In this document: one piece after another, positions 10,111-22,692 of the stretch | Position numbering within the stretch: position 1 is the stretch's first letter | Layout of the letters: each line of letters starts with the position of its first letter | Assembly (NCBI GenBank): GCA_030265395.1 | Contig: JARFYF010000001.1 | Coordinates: 39,884,062 to 39,948,061 of the forward strand | Reading direction: 5' to 3' | Source: Rhina ancylostomus | Lineage: Eukaryota | Length of the DNA: 64,000 bases | Program-made: the position numbers and the translations under genes | The notes under the pieces: generated by a model | What the model saw: only the letters and a program-made list of their open reading frames with translations | Databases searched by the model: none | What the model was told of the DNA's origin: nothing

Positions 10111-12314
10111 AACTATCACAGGGATTAAGGACCTCATTATTTAAAAAAAGGGGTTATTCTTAGAAAAGGATAAGAGATTTCACAGAGGTTTTCGAAATCA
10201 CAAGTGATTTGGACTGAGTAACGACAACTCCTGGCAGAAGAATGCCAATTGATGTTGATTGTTTTAAGAAGGAAGCGACTGTTTTTGAAAAGCTCATTAA
10301 GTTGTGGTGATCTGGAATACACTGTATGATAGGTAATTGGAGAGATATTCAACAGTGGCATTTTAAGAGAATGGAATAAAAATTCCTGAAGAGGAAACAT
10401 ATACTATACAGGGCTATTGGGAAAGGAGGGAAGTATGATTCACTGAACATCTTGACCAACAAATAAGCACAGACATGATGATCTGAAAGGGACCAGCAGC
10501 GCGCTAATCAACCATCTACATTCTTTTGCAGTTAACAGTGCTTCTTAAGGTTGATTCTTTTAATCTTTGTTGCCAGCTCGTGTAACAGGTATGAGAGGGA
10601 GATGAGTGCAACAATGTGCCAATGCTGTGCACCATCAGGTAACTAATAGTGGACGTGGAAAGGCAGCTATGTTCATTGTGCTTTCTGACCAACGTCGATT
10701 GAAAGTCACAATCTATGCAGAAGTCTGGAATTCTTACAAAGTTTAATTCATTTTTTGTATAAAAAGGCAAACATTTCAAGGTTAGGTTATTTTGCTGGTA
10801 TTTGGAACACTTACACTTCAAACCACAAATCCAGAAAGTATAAGTCGTATATTAAAGCAACCAGCCAAAAACAGACAGTGAGGGCCTGGAACTTTCTCAA
10901 ACTTGTACTAGAATACAGATAACCCTTACACTTTATATTTTATTCAGTATTCAACTGCATATATCTTGATGACCTCTGGTCTCCTTCAGTGCTGGGACCT
11001 ACAAGGATCCAGAGTTAAACCAGCTGCCGGAGCAAGCTGGTTTAGAAGCCTTGCTTCAGGAGCAAGAATCCTCAGCTGCAGGTACATGAACTAACCATTT
11101 ACCTACTGTGCACAAGGAGAACTTTCAGCCAATTGCCAGGGAAGAGTTGGTGCACCATGAGTAAAGACTCTTCAAGTGATGGTGGGAGATGAAAGTATCC
11201 ACACTAGATAGCAATCAGTATTCAGAGCTCGAGCTCCACTTTCTACTTGGTAGGGTTGCCTGGGGTTGGGCCAAAAAAACTAGACTTTCCCATTCAGATG
11301 CAGGAATACAACCACACACCCAAAAGCTCACTCATCAATGATAAAGGGGCCCAATGACTGAAACTGAGTAACTTCAGAAATCATTTTAAAAAAACAGGAT
11401 CCCTGTTTTCACTCCCAGTTTACTGCTGTAATTGCTGGCTCTGGAATCACTATTATTTTGACACCAAGTTAAGGTTACAGGATATTGCTTCTTTAATAAA
11501 AATCAATTCTCCACCACCACCCATGCCAAGATCTGAAGCACTATATTAAAGCTTATTTTGTTAAGTATCTTGAACATGACAAGTGAACTTTTTATAGAAT
11601 CCCCAGAGGCTGAGTTACGTGATTCATTCTGTTTCGTTTCCCATTTCAGCTTAAATGTTTTGAATCAGTGTTTATTAAATAGACTTAGAAAAATAATGTT
11701 CTCCAATACATAACCATTTCTTGCATTGATAAGACAGCCTGATAATTCACCTCAGTAAGAAGCTAACTGAAAAACAATGGCTCATCTCAGGAGTATCCAC
11801 AATCAATATCATTCTTGACAGTGACGCAACCAAAGAAAGTCAGTACGTACATCTGAGAAATCAAAATCCTATTATTTATCATAGGAAATTGGGACTTTTA
11901 TCTGTTGCTTGAGCCATAACAGGAACACTGAACCAAAAATAATATATTTTAGAAGATTAGGAATAGTACGTGGAAGTGTTTTGTCTACTGGAGCAGTCCC
12001 AATTCTTCATGTTAATTTATGGAATGTGCAGATTGCAGAAATATTGCTTGTGGTTACTGATACCAGAATGTATCAGTGTTACTACTGGAATATTTACAAT
12101 CCACCAGTTCCAGTACAAAGTAACTAACAATTATTATAATGTGAAAATCATTTATTTTTCATTACTTAAATGTTTTGGGGTCTAGTATTCAAATGTTTTG
12201 GTTATTCAATTTGAAAATGTTAGTAGATTTATATCACTACACATAAAATAAATGAGAAGCAAGCGTTGCATCAGGATAGTATTTTTAAGCATCATAGGAG
12301 TTTCTGGATCACAT

Positions 12315-13800
12315 AAGAACATACAAAATACAAACTGGAGAAGGCCATGAGGCCTCTTGTGACTGCTCCCCCATTCAATAAGACCATTTTTCCTCGGCAT
12401 CATGTTCTTGCACTAACTCCATATTCCTCAATACCCTTAATATCTCAAAATTATCAATCACTCTTTTGTATATACGGATATAGTCAGCGACTGAGCTTAC
12501 ACAGCCCCATTGGGTAGAGAATTCCAAAGATTTACCATTCCCTGGATGAAGAAATTCCTGCTCATCACTATTCTGAATGACTATCCCATTATTGCGAGAC
12601 ACTGACCCTTGTTCTAGATGTTCCAGCAAGGGTAAATATCAACTCCACATCTATCCTGTCCAGTTCCACAGGAATTCTGTACATTTTGATAAGCTTGAGT
12701 CTCATTCTTCTAAAATCAAGACAGTACAGGTCCAGTCAACTTAATCTCTCCTCATATGACAATACCCACACCCCCACCTAGAAATTAATCTGATGAACTT
12801 GTAGTTACAATAGAGGGAATGTATTAAATCTTCCTTTAGGTATGAAGACCAAACCTGCATAAAATATTCTGAATGTGGTCTCACCAGAGTCCCTTATATT
12901 TGGTGGACGACATCCCTATTCTTGCACTCAAATTATATTGCAATTTTGGTCTTCCTAATTTTATGGTACCCGCATGTTAGCTTTCAGTGATTCATGCATC
13001 AGGACACCCAGGAGCCTCTGAATACTAACCTCTCTCACTATTGAAAAGATACTCCGCCTTTCTATTAATTTCTCTGTATTATTTTCTACCCACCAACTCC
13101 TGCCCATTCACTTAATCAGTCTAGATCCTGCTAAAGCCTCCCCACATCTATCTTGCAGCCCAAACTGTTGCCCAGCTGTGTATCATTTACAAACTCAGAT
13201 ATACTTGATCCTTTCATCCAAATGATTAATATAGATTTGAACAGCTGAAGCCCCAGTGCTGATTCCTGTGGTACCTGACTAGTCATAACTCCCGAACCTG
13301 AAAATTACCTATTTCTACTTTCTGTTTTACATCTGTTAACCAACATTCAGTGTATTACTCCCAATACTATGGCTCTATAATTTGATTAATAATCTCTTCT
13401 CTGGCACATAATCTTCTGAAAGATTAAGTTCACATCAATTGCTTCATCTTATCTATTCTGTTAGTTGCAACCTCAAAAATGTTCTAAGATTAGCCAAACA
13501 CAATTTCCATTTCATATATCCGTGATTATATCAATCCTATTATTATTTTCCCAGTCCCCTGTTACCACTTCCTCAATAGATTTTAGAACTTTCTCTACCA
13601 CTGATGTCAGTAGTTCCCTTCTTAAACAGTGGGGTTATCTTTGCCACCTTGCAATCAGTGGGAAAGATTCTGGAACCTATGAAATGTTGGACAATGACAA
13701 CCAATGTATTCACCATCTCCACAGCCATCTCCTTCAAAACCCCAGGCCCTGGTATTTACTTATTCAGTTCTATTAATCCCTCCACTGCTCTTATTGTCTA
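12315..13800 (-). mobile_element. CR1 LINE, ~1.5 kb decayed 3' portion
   Basis: Begins with the reversed tail cataagaacata...ggccat...ctgctccccc attcaataag. Internal CR1 motifs gggtagagaattccaaagatt and ccccagtgctgattcctgtgg. Confidence 0.85.
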
Positions 13801-14126
13801 TTTCATTCAAAACCTTTCTTTCCCTTTAAAGATGTGTGACATTAACTAAAACAATCATTAGTAACTTGTTTGATGCAATAATACTGATATTTATGGAGGT
13901 CTTTCCCTCTGGATGATGAGCANNNNNNNNNNNNNNNNNNNNNNNNNNNNNNNNNNNNNNNNNNNNNNNNNNNNNNNNNNNNNNNNNNNNNNNNNNNNNN
14001 NNNNNNNNNNNNNNNNNNNNNNTGAGCAAAAAGTAGTTTCGGATGTGAGAGTAAAATTTTCAATGTTTGGGTGCTGAATATATATTAATAAAATCAAACA
14101 CCTCAATGACCGACAGCGAGGGGTGA

Positions 14127-14327
14127 GCAGCAGAATTTAACTTGAACAAGCATGTTAAAAAATCCTTAATATACTATATGCTTATTGAAGGGAGCTGCAC
14201 ATAACTATGGTTATGGAGTAACCATAACCCACTCAGCACCTCAACCATCGACCTGTGCATCCACGCCAGCCAGCTGCTACTTTGCCATGCCTGTTTGATG
14301 CTCACGTGCAGGCTGAAAATCTACTGC
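14127..14327. mobile_element. Probable ~200-bp MITE with degenerate terminal inverted repeats (Harbinger-like)
   Basis: Left end gcagcagaatttaacttgaacaagcat versus reverse complement of right end gcagtagattttcagcctgcacgtgagcat. Confidence 0.45.
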
Positions 14328-14889
14328 AATACTCAAACAAATTGAACCTGAGACCCATTAAGAAGCTTTGGATGCACAAATATGAACTGCATGACTTATT
14401 AACTAAGCTATAATATTTTGTTAAGTATTCTCAAATCTTAAGAACTGTAAAACAAGTGCAAATTAAGATCACGACTGGCAGACTGTTGTGGCTGCTTACT
14501 ATATGGCACAAATTAAAGTACAGAAAGAAGTGGTCGCTTGTAACTTGTGAAAGCATACAACAAGAGAAAAAAGACAAATGATAGGAAAATTAGTAAAGTA
14601 AGATAAAAGCCAATAACTTAGANNNNNNNNNNNNNNNNNNNNNNNNNNNNNNNNNNNNNNNNNNNNNNNNNNNNNNNNNNNNNNNNNNNNNNNNNNNNNN
14701 NNNNNNNNNNNNNNNNNNNNNNTAATTATTCTCGCTTACAAACATAATGCCCTCAAAAATTCCGAAGCAGCAGAAATGACTCAAAATTGCATATCTGCTG
14801 CTTAATCAACAGATGAGGCTTAAACAGGCAAAAGTTTAGAAGCTGAGTCCAAGTCACATTCAACTTATTCACTGATGTATGAAGATAAG

Positions 14890-15725
14890 CTTTATATTCA
14901 ACATCCACAAAGCAAATGTCCTCCGCCAACCTGGTCTCCCTTCTACAGCACTGCCCCCGTCAACAGAAGTCCACAGAGATCCTCGAAAACATGGACTGCT
15001 TCCCATGCCTGTGAGTCTGCCCTTCCCAGCAGAAGACAAATTCATGTTTGTTTTCATTTTGTCAACATAACTGTTGACTGAGGAAAAGTGTGTTAAGTCC
15101 TTACACCTAACAAAAAGCTCACAGTTGATCAGGCAACTGCAATCCCTATCCTCTTGTAGGTTTGAGAGATGTGGACAATCAATGGCAAGCACCTCAAAGC
15201 ACTGGAAAGATACCTCCAAAGCTATCTCTACAAAATAATTGGCAGGATAATCAAACCATTGGCAACATTTCCTAGACCAATAACCCCAGCACTGAGGCCA
15301 TAATTATACTCAGTAGTCTCCGATAGGCAGGCCACATTGCTCACATGCCTGACATTGGACTCCTGAAGCTCTGTAAGTGCAACAGATTACTAGGTAAACA
15401 GATGAAACAATTCATAGATCTCAAAGCCCCTTGGAAAAGGATATCATCACCAGTGACTCATGGAATCCCTGGCCTGTGTCTGTTCTAAATGAAGAAATAA
15501 CACTCGGCGTGGCATTGAGAACCTCGCGTCCATGTGTCAGCCACACACACAAGTCCAGTGTAAACAATGGAAGAAGCCTCCAAACTACCTGCCCACTCAC
15601 CTGCCCCATCAGAATCCTCCTGCCCACCTGTGGCAGAGCCTCACACTGGTCTCATCAACCACCTCAGAACCTACAATAGAGTGGATGCAAACCACCCTGG
15701 ATCCTTGAGAGTTGTGCACGACGAC
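14890..15725 (+). mobile_element. RTE-clade LINE 3' fragment (decayed)
   Basis: RTE-like text: caacatccacaaagcaaatgtcctccgccaac, gcaggccacattgctcacatgcctgac, and C-terminal zinc-finger-like cccacctgtggcaga...ctcatcaaccacctcagaacc. Confidence 0.7.
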
Positions 15726-16744
15726 AATGACACACAACCTACAGGATTTTTTGACCAAGCTGTGTTTAGCTTTAAATGAGTTTGTTCTCGCATTTCAGCA
15801 CAAAATTTTTTTTGCAACCAGAGCACTATTATCACAAAACGTTTTACAAAATTTTTTAGTAAAGCACACATTTCCTCTATTTTTGGGAAATCAGGAGTAA
15901 AATGTTAACTTAATTTTCCTTGGTTCTGTTTCTAGCATTATTTCTTTTACTACAATAGCTTAGACTGCTTCCAAATGTACTTTGTCCTTCAGATGAAATA
16001 GTTGGTTTCTTCCATATCTGCTAAAATGCTCATACAGCTACCACCCTATCTCATTAATTCAGTGCTGCAGAACAGCATGTACAAAAGGGTGATGGTTGTT
16101 TAGACTAGCAATCCAAAAGCCTGGGCTAATAATTTAGAGAACGTAAGTACAAACAACATTCTGGCTTGATTTGAATGCAGTTCGACAAATAAAAATATTC
16201 AAATAAAATGCAGTAAAATTCCAATAATNNNNNNNNNNNNNNNNNNNNNNNNNNNNNNNNNNNNNNNNNNNNNNNNNNNNNNNNNNNNNNNNNNNNNNNN
16301 NNNNNNNNNNNNNNNNNNNNNNNNNNNNNNNNNNNNNNNNNNNNNNNNNNNNNNNNNNNNNNNNNNNNNNNNNNNNNNNNNNNNNNNNNNNNNNNNNNNN
16401 NNNNNNNNNNNNNNNNNNNNNNNNNNNNNNNNNNNNNNNNNNNNNNNNNNNNNNNNNNNNNNNNNNNNNNNNNNNNNNNNNNNNNNNNNNNNNNNNNNNN
16501 NNNNNNNNNNNNNNNNNNNNNNNNNNNNNNNNNNNNNNNNNNNNNNNNNNNNNNNNNNNNNNNNNNNNNNNNNNNNNNNNNNNNNNNNNNNNNNNNNNNN
16601 NNNNNNNNNNNNNNNNNNNNNNNNNNNNNNNNNNNNNNNNNNNNNNNNNNNNNNNNNNNNNNNNNNNNNNNNNNNNNNNNNNNNNNNNNNNNNNNNNNNN
16701 NNNNNNNNNNNNNNNNNNNNNNNNNNNNNNNNNNNNNNNNNCAA

Positions 16745-16920
16745 GTGAAGAGTATTCTGCTGTACTCCCAACTTGAGTTCTATAGCTGTGGAAAGGCTTT
16801 GTAGAGTTAGGTGAGCCACTGGCCGCAGGTTTCCCGGTTTCTGACCCACTTGCGGTTGCATGGCTGGTCCAGTCAACTGTCTAATCAGAGGTGTCCCTTA
16901 AAAGTCTGATGGCAAGATGC
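16745..16920 (-). mobile_element. CR1-like LINE fragment (same family as 26860-27830 and 61140-62830)
   Basis: gtggaaaggcttt...gtgagccactggccgcagg...tggctggtccagt matches 27325-27440. Confidence 0.6.
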
Positions 16921-17036
16921 TGAATAACTAGATTTTGGAAGACGCTACATTAAAAACAGCAACCTACATTTATATAGCACTGTGAACATAACCACAAAAA
17001 GTGCCATAGAAAGGCAAATACACAAATGAAATGTGT

Positions 17037-17040
<4 letters not shown>

Positions 17041-17104
<64 letters not shown>
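17041..17104. repeat. (GT)32 microsatellite
   Basis: Perfect dinucleotide run. Confidence 0.99.
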
Positions 17105-17110
<6 letters not shown>

Positions 17111-19625
17111 TTTTTTTTATTTGGAGAACTCACATCGAAGGCAAAAAATTAGACCCCCTATCCCTTTTACATACCTGCTCCAACTTTTTTTATTACCACA
17201 GACAGAATGAATGCATCCTCTTTTAAAGAACTAGGTACAACACTTCCTCAGATTCATTATAGCTTTCAATGCATAAAAGAGAGCTTTCCAACCCAGAACT
17301 GAACACCAAAAGTAACTGAGCAAATTTATCTATTAAATAGAATAGCTATAAGGAATGTTTCAATCTGATCTGTGTTTTTAGTTTATCCTGGCTAAAATGA
17401 TAGAAGGGGTTGCACAATTGATTTCAATTCCTCTGAACCAGGAGGGAAAAAATAGACCTGATTGTCTGCATGGCCCAATGGCCTTCACTAAAATGTGCTT
17501 ATTGCATAGGACATGATCTGCCCTCGATTGTTCCTCGTCGCCAATTGGCTAATGCCTGCTATCATGGTTCAAAAATGATCAGACAGCCACTTGGATGTAT
17601 ACCAAAAGATGGATGGAAAATGGAATAGCAGCAAGAAGTCAAGCCTAAAGGGAAAGAATAGGGAAAAAAAAGGAAGATGAGTAGAAAAAAAAGTACGCAA
17701 CAAAGTGGAATACATGTGAAATTCTGTTATAGCTGAAAGGTAGCAATCGAGTAACTGGCATTTACAGCAAGTGATTATATATTACGCAACTAGTCACCCG
17801 TGTGTGGCCTACAGTTGTCTTGGATTTAGAAAACAATTGTGATAATCAGTTGCTAATCCATTTTAAGTCTTTCAGATCATTGTACCAGACAGGCAAATCC
17901 ACCTTACTGGAACTATTTACAACTACTGAAGACAGAAGGTCACTCACTGTTTATATAATTCAGATTCCAGGAATGCCCACTGTTTATTTTAATGATTCTT
18001 TTTCCCTGAGCAATAAAATGTAATATCTGATACAAGATAAACACAAGACCACAATTTTAACCATTCTCTTTTGGTCTCAATAACACCGCAAATTGTCATC
18101 TTGGCCATTCAGCCTCTGTGTCCACTACACCTACTCTGAATAAACAGAATAATGATATCAATGCAGCTTCAGTGCTGGTTGTTTGAGGGATGAGATGATG
18201 ATAGCCCGACAAGATTTTCTATTCTTCCAATGATCCTTCAAATTTGACACTTTGGTCTCCAATTTCAGAATCTAAATGTTTATTCATATCAGGTACAACT
18301 GTTATAATACCTTCTAGTTCAGATCCTTTCCCAGGACAATGTTACAGTAATTCAGAAGGAGGGCCATTTATACATCAACCTGGCTTTATCCCAGCCTTTG
18401 TGATAATCATGCTCTCATTCTTGCTGTTGTTGGATTATTTCAACGTCTTCCTGATTGGCTCCACCAATTTCAGCAGCTTATCAAGCACTAAAACCCAGTC
18501 ACCATTCACCTCCGTCTTGATGACCTCTAATGATCTACTTTAGCTCTATAATAATGCCCACATCCCAAGAAATCACCAAGTTATAAAGCATTCCTCTGAC
18601 CCTGGCTACTTGTAAACACAACCCAGACCTTATAGGTTGATGGAGAGTCAACTTATTATTATGTAATATTAGCATATTGCAGTTTTTGTTTGAAAGACCA
18701 GGAATGTAATGGGATTAGTGCTGTGAAAGATATTGCAATCTGCGTGGATTTTACCATGAGATGATAATGGCAATAAGTTACATGCTGCAGAGCAGATAAA
18801 ACTCTTCTGTTCCAGTTTTATTCCATGATGTGATATTCTTTGATAAGGTGGGAATTCCACCTCTGAATTTTTAGGGAAAACAGGGAATGTGTTTTTTTCT
18901 AGAATTCTGTCTTTATGAACATCTTTTAATTGAGTTATTCTCTGCATTCCACATTGTACCAGCAGACATTTGTGAGCATTGTATAGTTATGCTCAAATTC
19001 ATGAAGATGATATCAAGAAACCAACAGCTTCCCACTATTTGAAATTCAAATAAAACATCAGCAAACCAATCATCACATCCCGACTTGGAAACATATTACT
19101 AAGGCTACATGGAAATGGAGATCCCCATTACTCCTGTCAAACCTCAACCAATTGTTTAGTCAATACGAATTGCATTCATTAAAAAAAAATTTCACTTTTT
19201 ACCACTATTTAAGAACATCTCTTCCAGCCCTTAATGTGATAACATGATTTTTTTTGTTGTATTGTGTGTGGGTAAGCAAAATACACAACAGGTATTAATT
19301 ATAGTTTGGTTATATAACTGGAGCTATGCAACATGCAGACATGTCCATTCCCTTTAATACCAACAGCACTAACACATCCATTCAATACCCCATTATTAAA
19401 TGGGGAGCAGAATGGATCACAAACATATATTTAAGCCATTAAATATTTAAAGCTATGGATGCCACAATAAACAAAGATTATAAACACACGTTTATAATCA
19501 TTAAAAACAATCATTGAGAATTCAGCAAGTGAAGGTGGTCATCCAGATAGTCATGTGTATTGTAAATGGCATTCCTTTTCCCCTTACTTTACAATATACC
19601 CAAGAGAATTTTGAGTTGACTTTAC

Positions 19626-19709
19626 CTGGTCACAGATGAGCTCCCACTTCTTCTCACTGTCATACTGTCTCAGCAATCTGGCTTTATCAGGAGGAAGGTT
19701 CATAGAATT
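19626..19709 (-). CDS. FMNL2: Formin-like protein 2, coding exon equivalent to human exon 2 (84 nt, phase 0/0): [28 protein letters not shown]
   Basis: Minus strand reads ...ttctttattcttacag|AATTCTATGAAC...TGTGACCAG|gtaaa. Splice sites are canonical and the peptide is near-identical to recalled human FMNL2 [28 protein letters not shown]. Confidence 0.96.
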
Positions 19710-21395
19710 CTGTAAGAATAAAGAAAAAGGGTTAGTAAACACAAACTATTTTAATTATACTATAGTGGTGGATAATAAGTGTCCAAGTGGATATCAGGTA
19801 TCAACGAAACATAGCACAATACAAATCAAGTTGTTATTTTCATAAAGCCATCAGTGAACGTGTGCCTTGGTATTGTACCTACGGGATATGCGTATTGGCT
19901 TGTCACAGAGCTGTGTTCAACTTTAAACATTTCCTTTTGTTTCTGCTCTGGAAATTCATATAAAAATCATCCCTGAACATACCAATGTCCACTATGTTGG
20001 TCACCTCTCCAAGAAGGTTCAAACCTCTCAAACCTATTTTGCTCAACATAGCCAACAAATCAATGCTGGTTCCCTCTAATCAACTAATCAAGGTGTTCAG
20101 TCACAATTTGAAACATATCATTTGATTATGAGAAAGATCCATGCCAATCTTCAACTTTCTAGCAGTGACTATTGTCAGCAAGAAATTTGCTAAGTAGGAT
20201 AATCCTCTAGTAAACAGGTCTTGGATGTTCTGCTTCAATGCTTGATAAAACATGTGATGATCATATTCATCATACACATGATACAGGTATATTAAACATT
20301 TCAAGGTACACACATTATCTGCTTAAAAATGGCAAACCTTGGTTTTTAGGCACAGGCAATCACTTTTCCAATTTGGTTCCACCTCTATCTCCTTAAATGG
20401 AGAAGTTATAAACAACACCTTAGTCAAAATATCTGAATTTCTACAGTAGGAAGGATACTTCTGAGTCTATATTTTCCACACAACTACAAAACTTGTATTT
20501 ATGTAGCATATTCCCCATCATATTGGCCAGATGCAGAGCAGCAATGTGTTCTGAACTTTTCTTTCTGAGAAGAATCTGCTGGCTTATATTGGGGCAGGCA
20601 TTAAAATGAAATTAAAGTGATAAGGGATGGGGGAATGAATAGAATAGTGATTTATCATAAGAGGGACAGCAGATGAGGGGACTCAGCAACTCTACCAGTG
20701 AGATGAGTAACTTAGTGCCAGTGAACAAAAAGAAACATCTACCAGGTCACCACAATTATGTGTCACATCCATGTTCTTCAAAGCATGTAAAGACCATACC
20801 ATACTTATTCAAGAGCACGTAAGTGACAATTTTCAGTCATGGTATATGGATGCAAACATGCTTAACCTTTTATACTTTTCATGTGATGTTTTAATGGTAC
20901 AAGAATACACCATTCATAATGTACAGTATTATTTTTGGTTTTACACAAGTTTACTGCAAAATATACCTAAAGGTATTTTATTTTAAAACAAGGTTACTTA
21001 TCAAGAATACTCGCCCCCTTAACTGGACATGGTATAAATAACACACGATTCAACATATCTGAACTCCCACTGTAGCTAAGATACTTCTGCATCTATGTTT
21101 TCCATACAACTATAAAAGACTTGCATTTATGTGACACTTTTGGAACCTCCAAAAGCACTTCATTAGCTAGTTAAGTACTTTAAGGTCAGCTTTTGAGAGT
21201 TTTCCAGATTGCCATGCATGTAGAAAGAAGGAAGACTGACATTTTCTCCCCAGAAAACATCAGTTCTTTTAACTGTACGAAATTTGTAGTATCTTCCAAA
21301 AAGCCTACCTATATAGACATTCCAGGAAGCTTCCTCAAAATTTAAGACCACAGCACAACCATTATTGAACAATAAAAGGACAAATCAGAATTTAA

Positions 21396-22692
21396 CAAAA
21401 CTGCCAGAGGCACTCAGTGGGTCAAGCAGCATCACGGTAGTGTAGCGGTTAGCATAACACTATTACAGTGCCAGCGACCTGGGTTCAATTCCCGCCACTG
21501 TCTGTAAGGAGTTTGCAAGTTCTCCCCGTGTCTGCATGGGTTTCCTCCCACATTCCAAAGTCGTACGGGTTAGGAAGCTGTGGGCATGCTATGTTGGCGC
21601 TGGAAGCGTGGCGACACTTGTGGGCTGCCCCCAGAGCACCCTACGCGAAAGGTGCATTTCACTGTGTGTTTCGATGTACAGGTGACCAATAAAGATACAT
21701 CATCATCATCATCTGTGGAGGCAAAGGACAGTCAACGTTTTGGATCAAGATGCTGCATCAGGACCGAGAGCATAGAGGGAAGATAGCCAATATAAAGAGG
21801 TGAGAAACAGGGCTGAGAGGAGTTAGATGGAACTGGGTGATGGAGGTCAGATGCAGCCAGGTGGAGGAGGATGAGGGGGGAGTTGTGAGATAGACGCGAG
21901 TGGGTAATAAGTTGCACGTCATTTCAACTCCCCTTCCCATTCCCACACCGACCTGTCTGCCCTCAGCCTTCTCTACTGCCACAGTGAGGCAATCCAGAAA
22001 AACACCACCTCATATTGCACCTGGGGAACCTACAGCCCAAATGGTACAAGCATCAAGTTTTCCAAATTCAGATTACCCATAACGACTGTGTCCCTTTCTC
22101 ATTCATGGCAGTCCACCCAGGTTCTCTCTCCCTTTGTTCACCGTTTCCATTCCCTCCCACTCCTTCACCATGTTACCTAGGTTCAATACCCTTTCCCACC
22201 TGGTTCTGTCTGCTCATTACTCACACACCTATCCACCTGAGCTTCTTCTCACTTGGCCTACCCTTCCCATCCCCTCCCCCAACTGGTTCCATCTGCCCAT
22301 CATCCATCCCTTATCTGGTTCCACATCACTTTCCAGCCTCCATCTCTGCTTTCCTCCTATCCTCCCTCTCCTGGTTCCATCTGCCCATTTTTTTCCCTTA
22401 TCTGTTTCTTCCTATAACCCACCAGCCTCTGTTACTAAACTTGCCCCCACCCCTACCACTCCATCTGGCTCCACCTACCCATCATTTCCCACTTCATCTG
22501 GTTCCACCTTTCACCTACCAGCCTCCATCTCATGCCTCCCTCTCAGATTATTGTACTGACTTATCTTCCCTCAACCTCTCAGTCCTGACGCAGGATCTCA
22601 ACCCAAAACATCAACCATCCCTTGACACACACAGTTCCTCCAGCAATTTGTTTTCTGCTCCAGATTCCAGCATCTGCAGTCTCTTCTGTCTG
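21396..22692. mobile_element. Penelope-like element with inverted 3' ends (reverse end 21396-21900; GIY-YIG tail, pyrimidine-rich UTR and end 21915-22692), interrupted by a V-SINE
   Basis: cactcagtgggtcaagcagcatc|SINE|tgtggag...caacgtttt; HFNSLPHSHTDLS-like coding at ~21920; terminal ttcctccagca...ccagattccagcatctgcagtc. Confidence 0.8.
21433..21713 (+). mobile_element. tRNA-derived V-core SINE
   Basis: A box ggtagtgtagcggttag, B box gggttcaattccc, V-core gagtttgcaagttctccccgtgtctgcatgggtttcctcc, tail tgaccaataaaga(cat)n. Confidence 0.9.

Noticed and set aside
21433-21500. tRNA-like A and B boxes (also at 28732, 39820, 43000 and 43609)
   Set aside because: These are SINE heads with no complete cloverleaf, so they are not tRNA genes.
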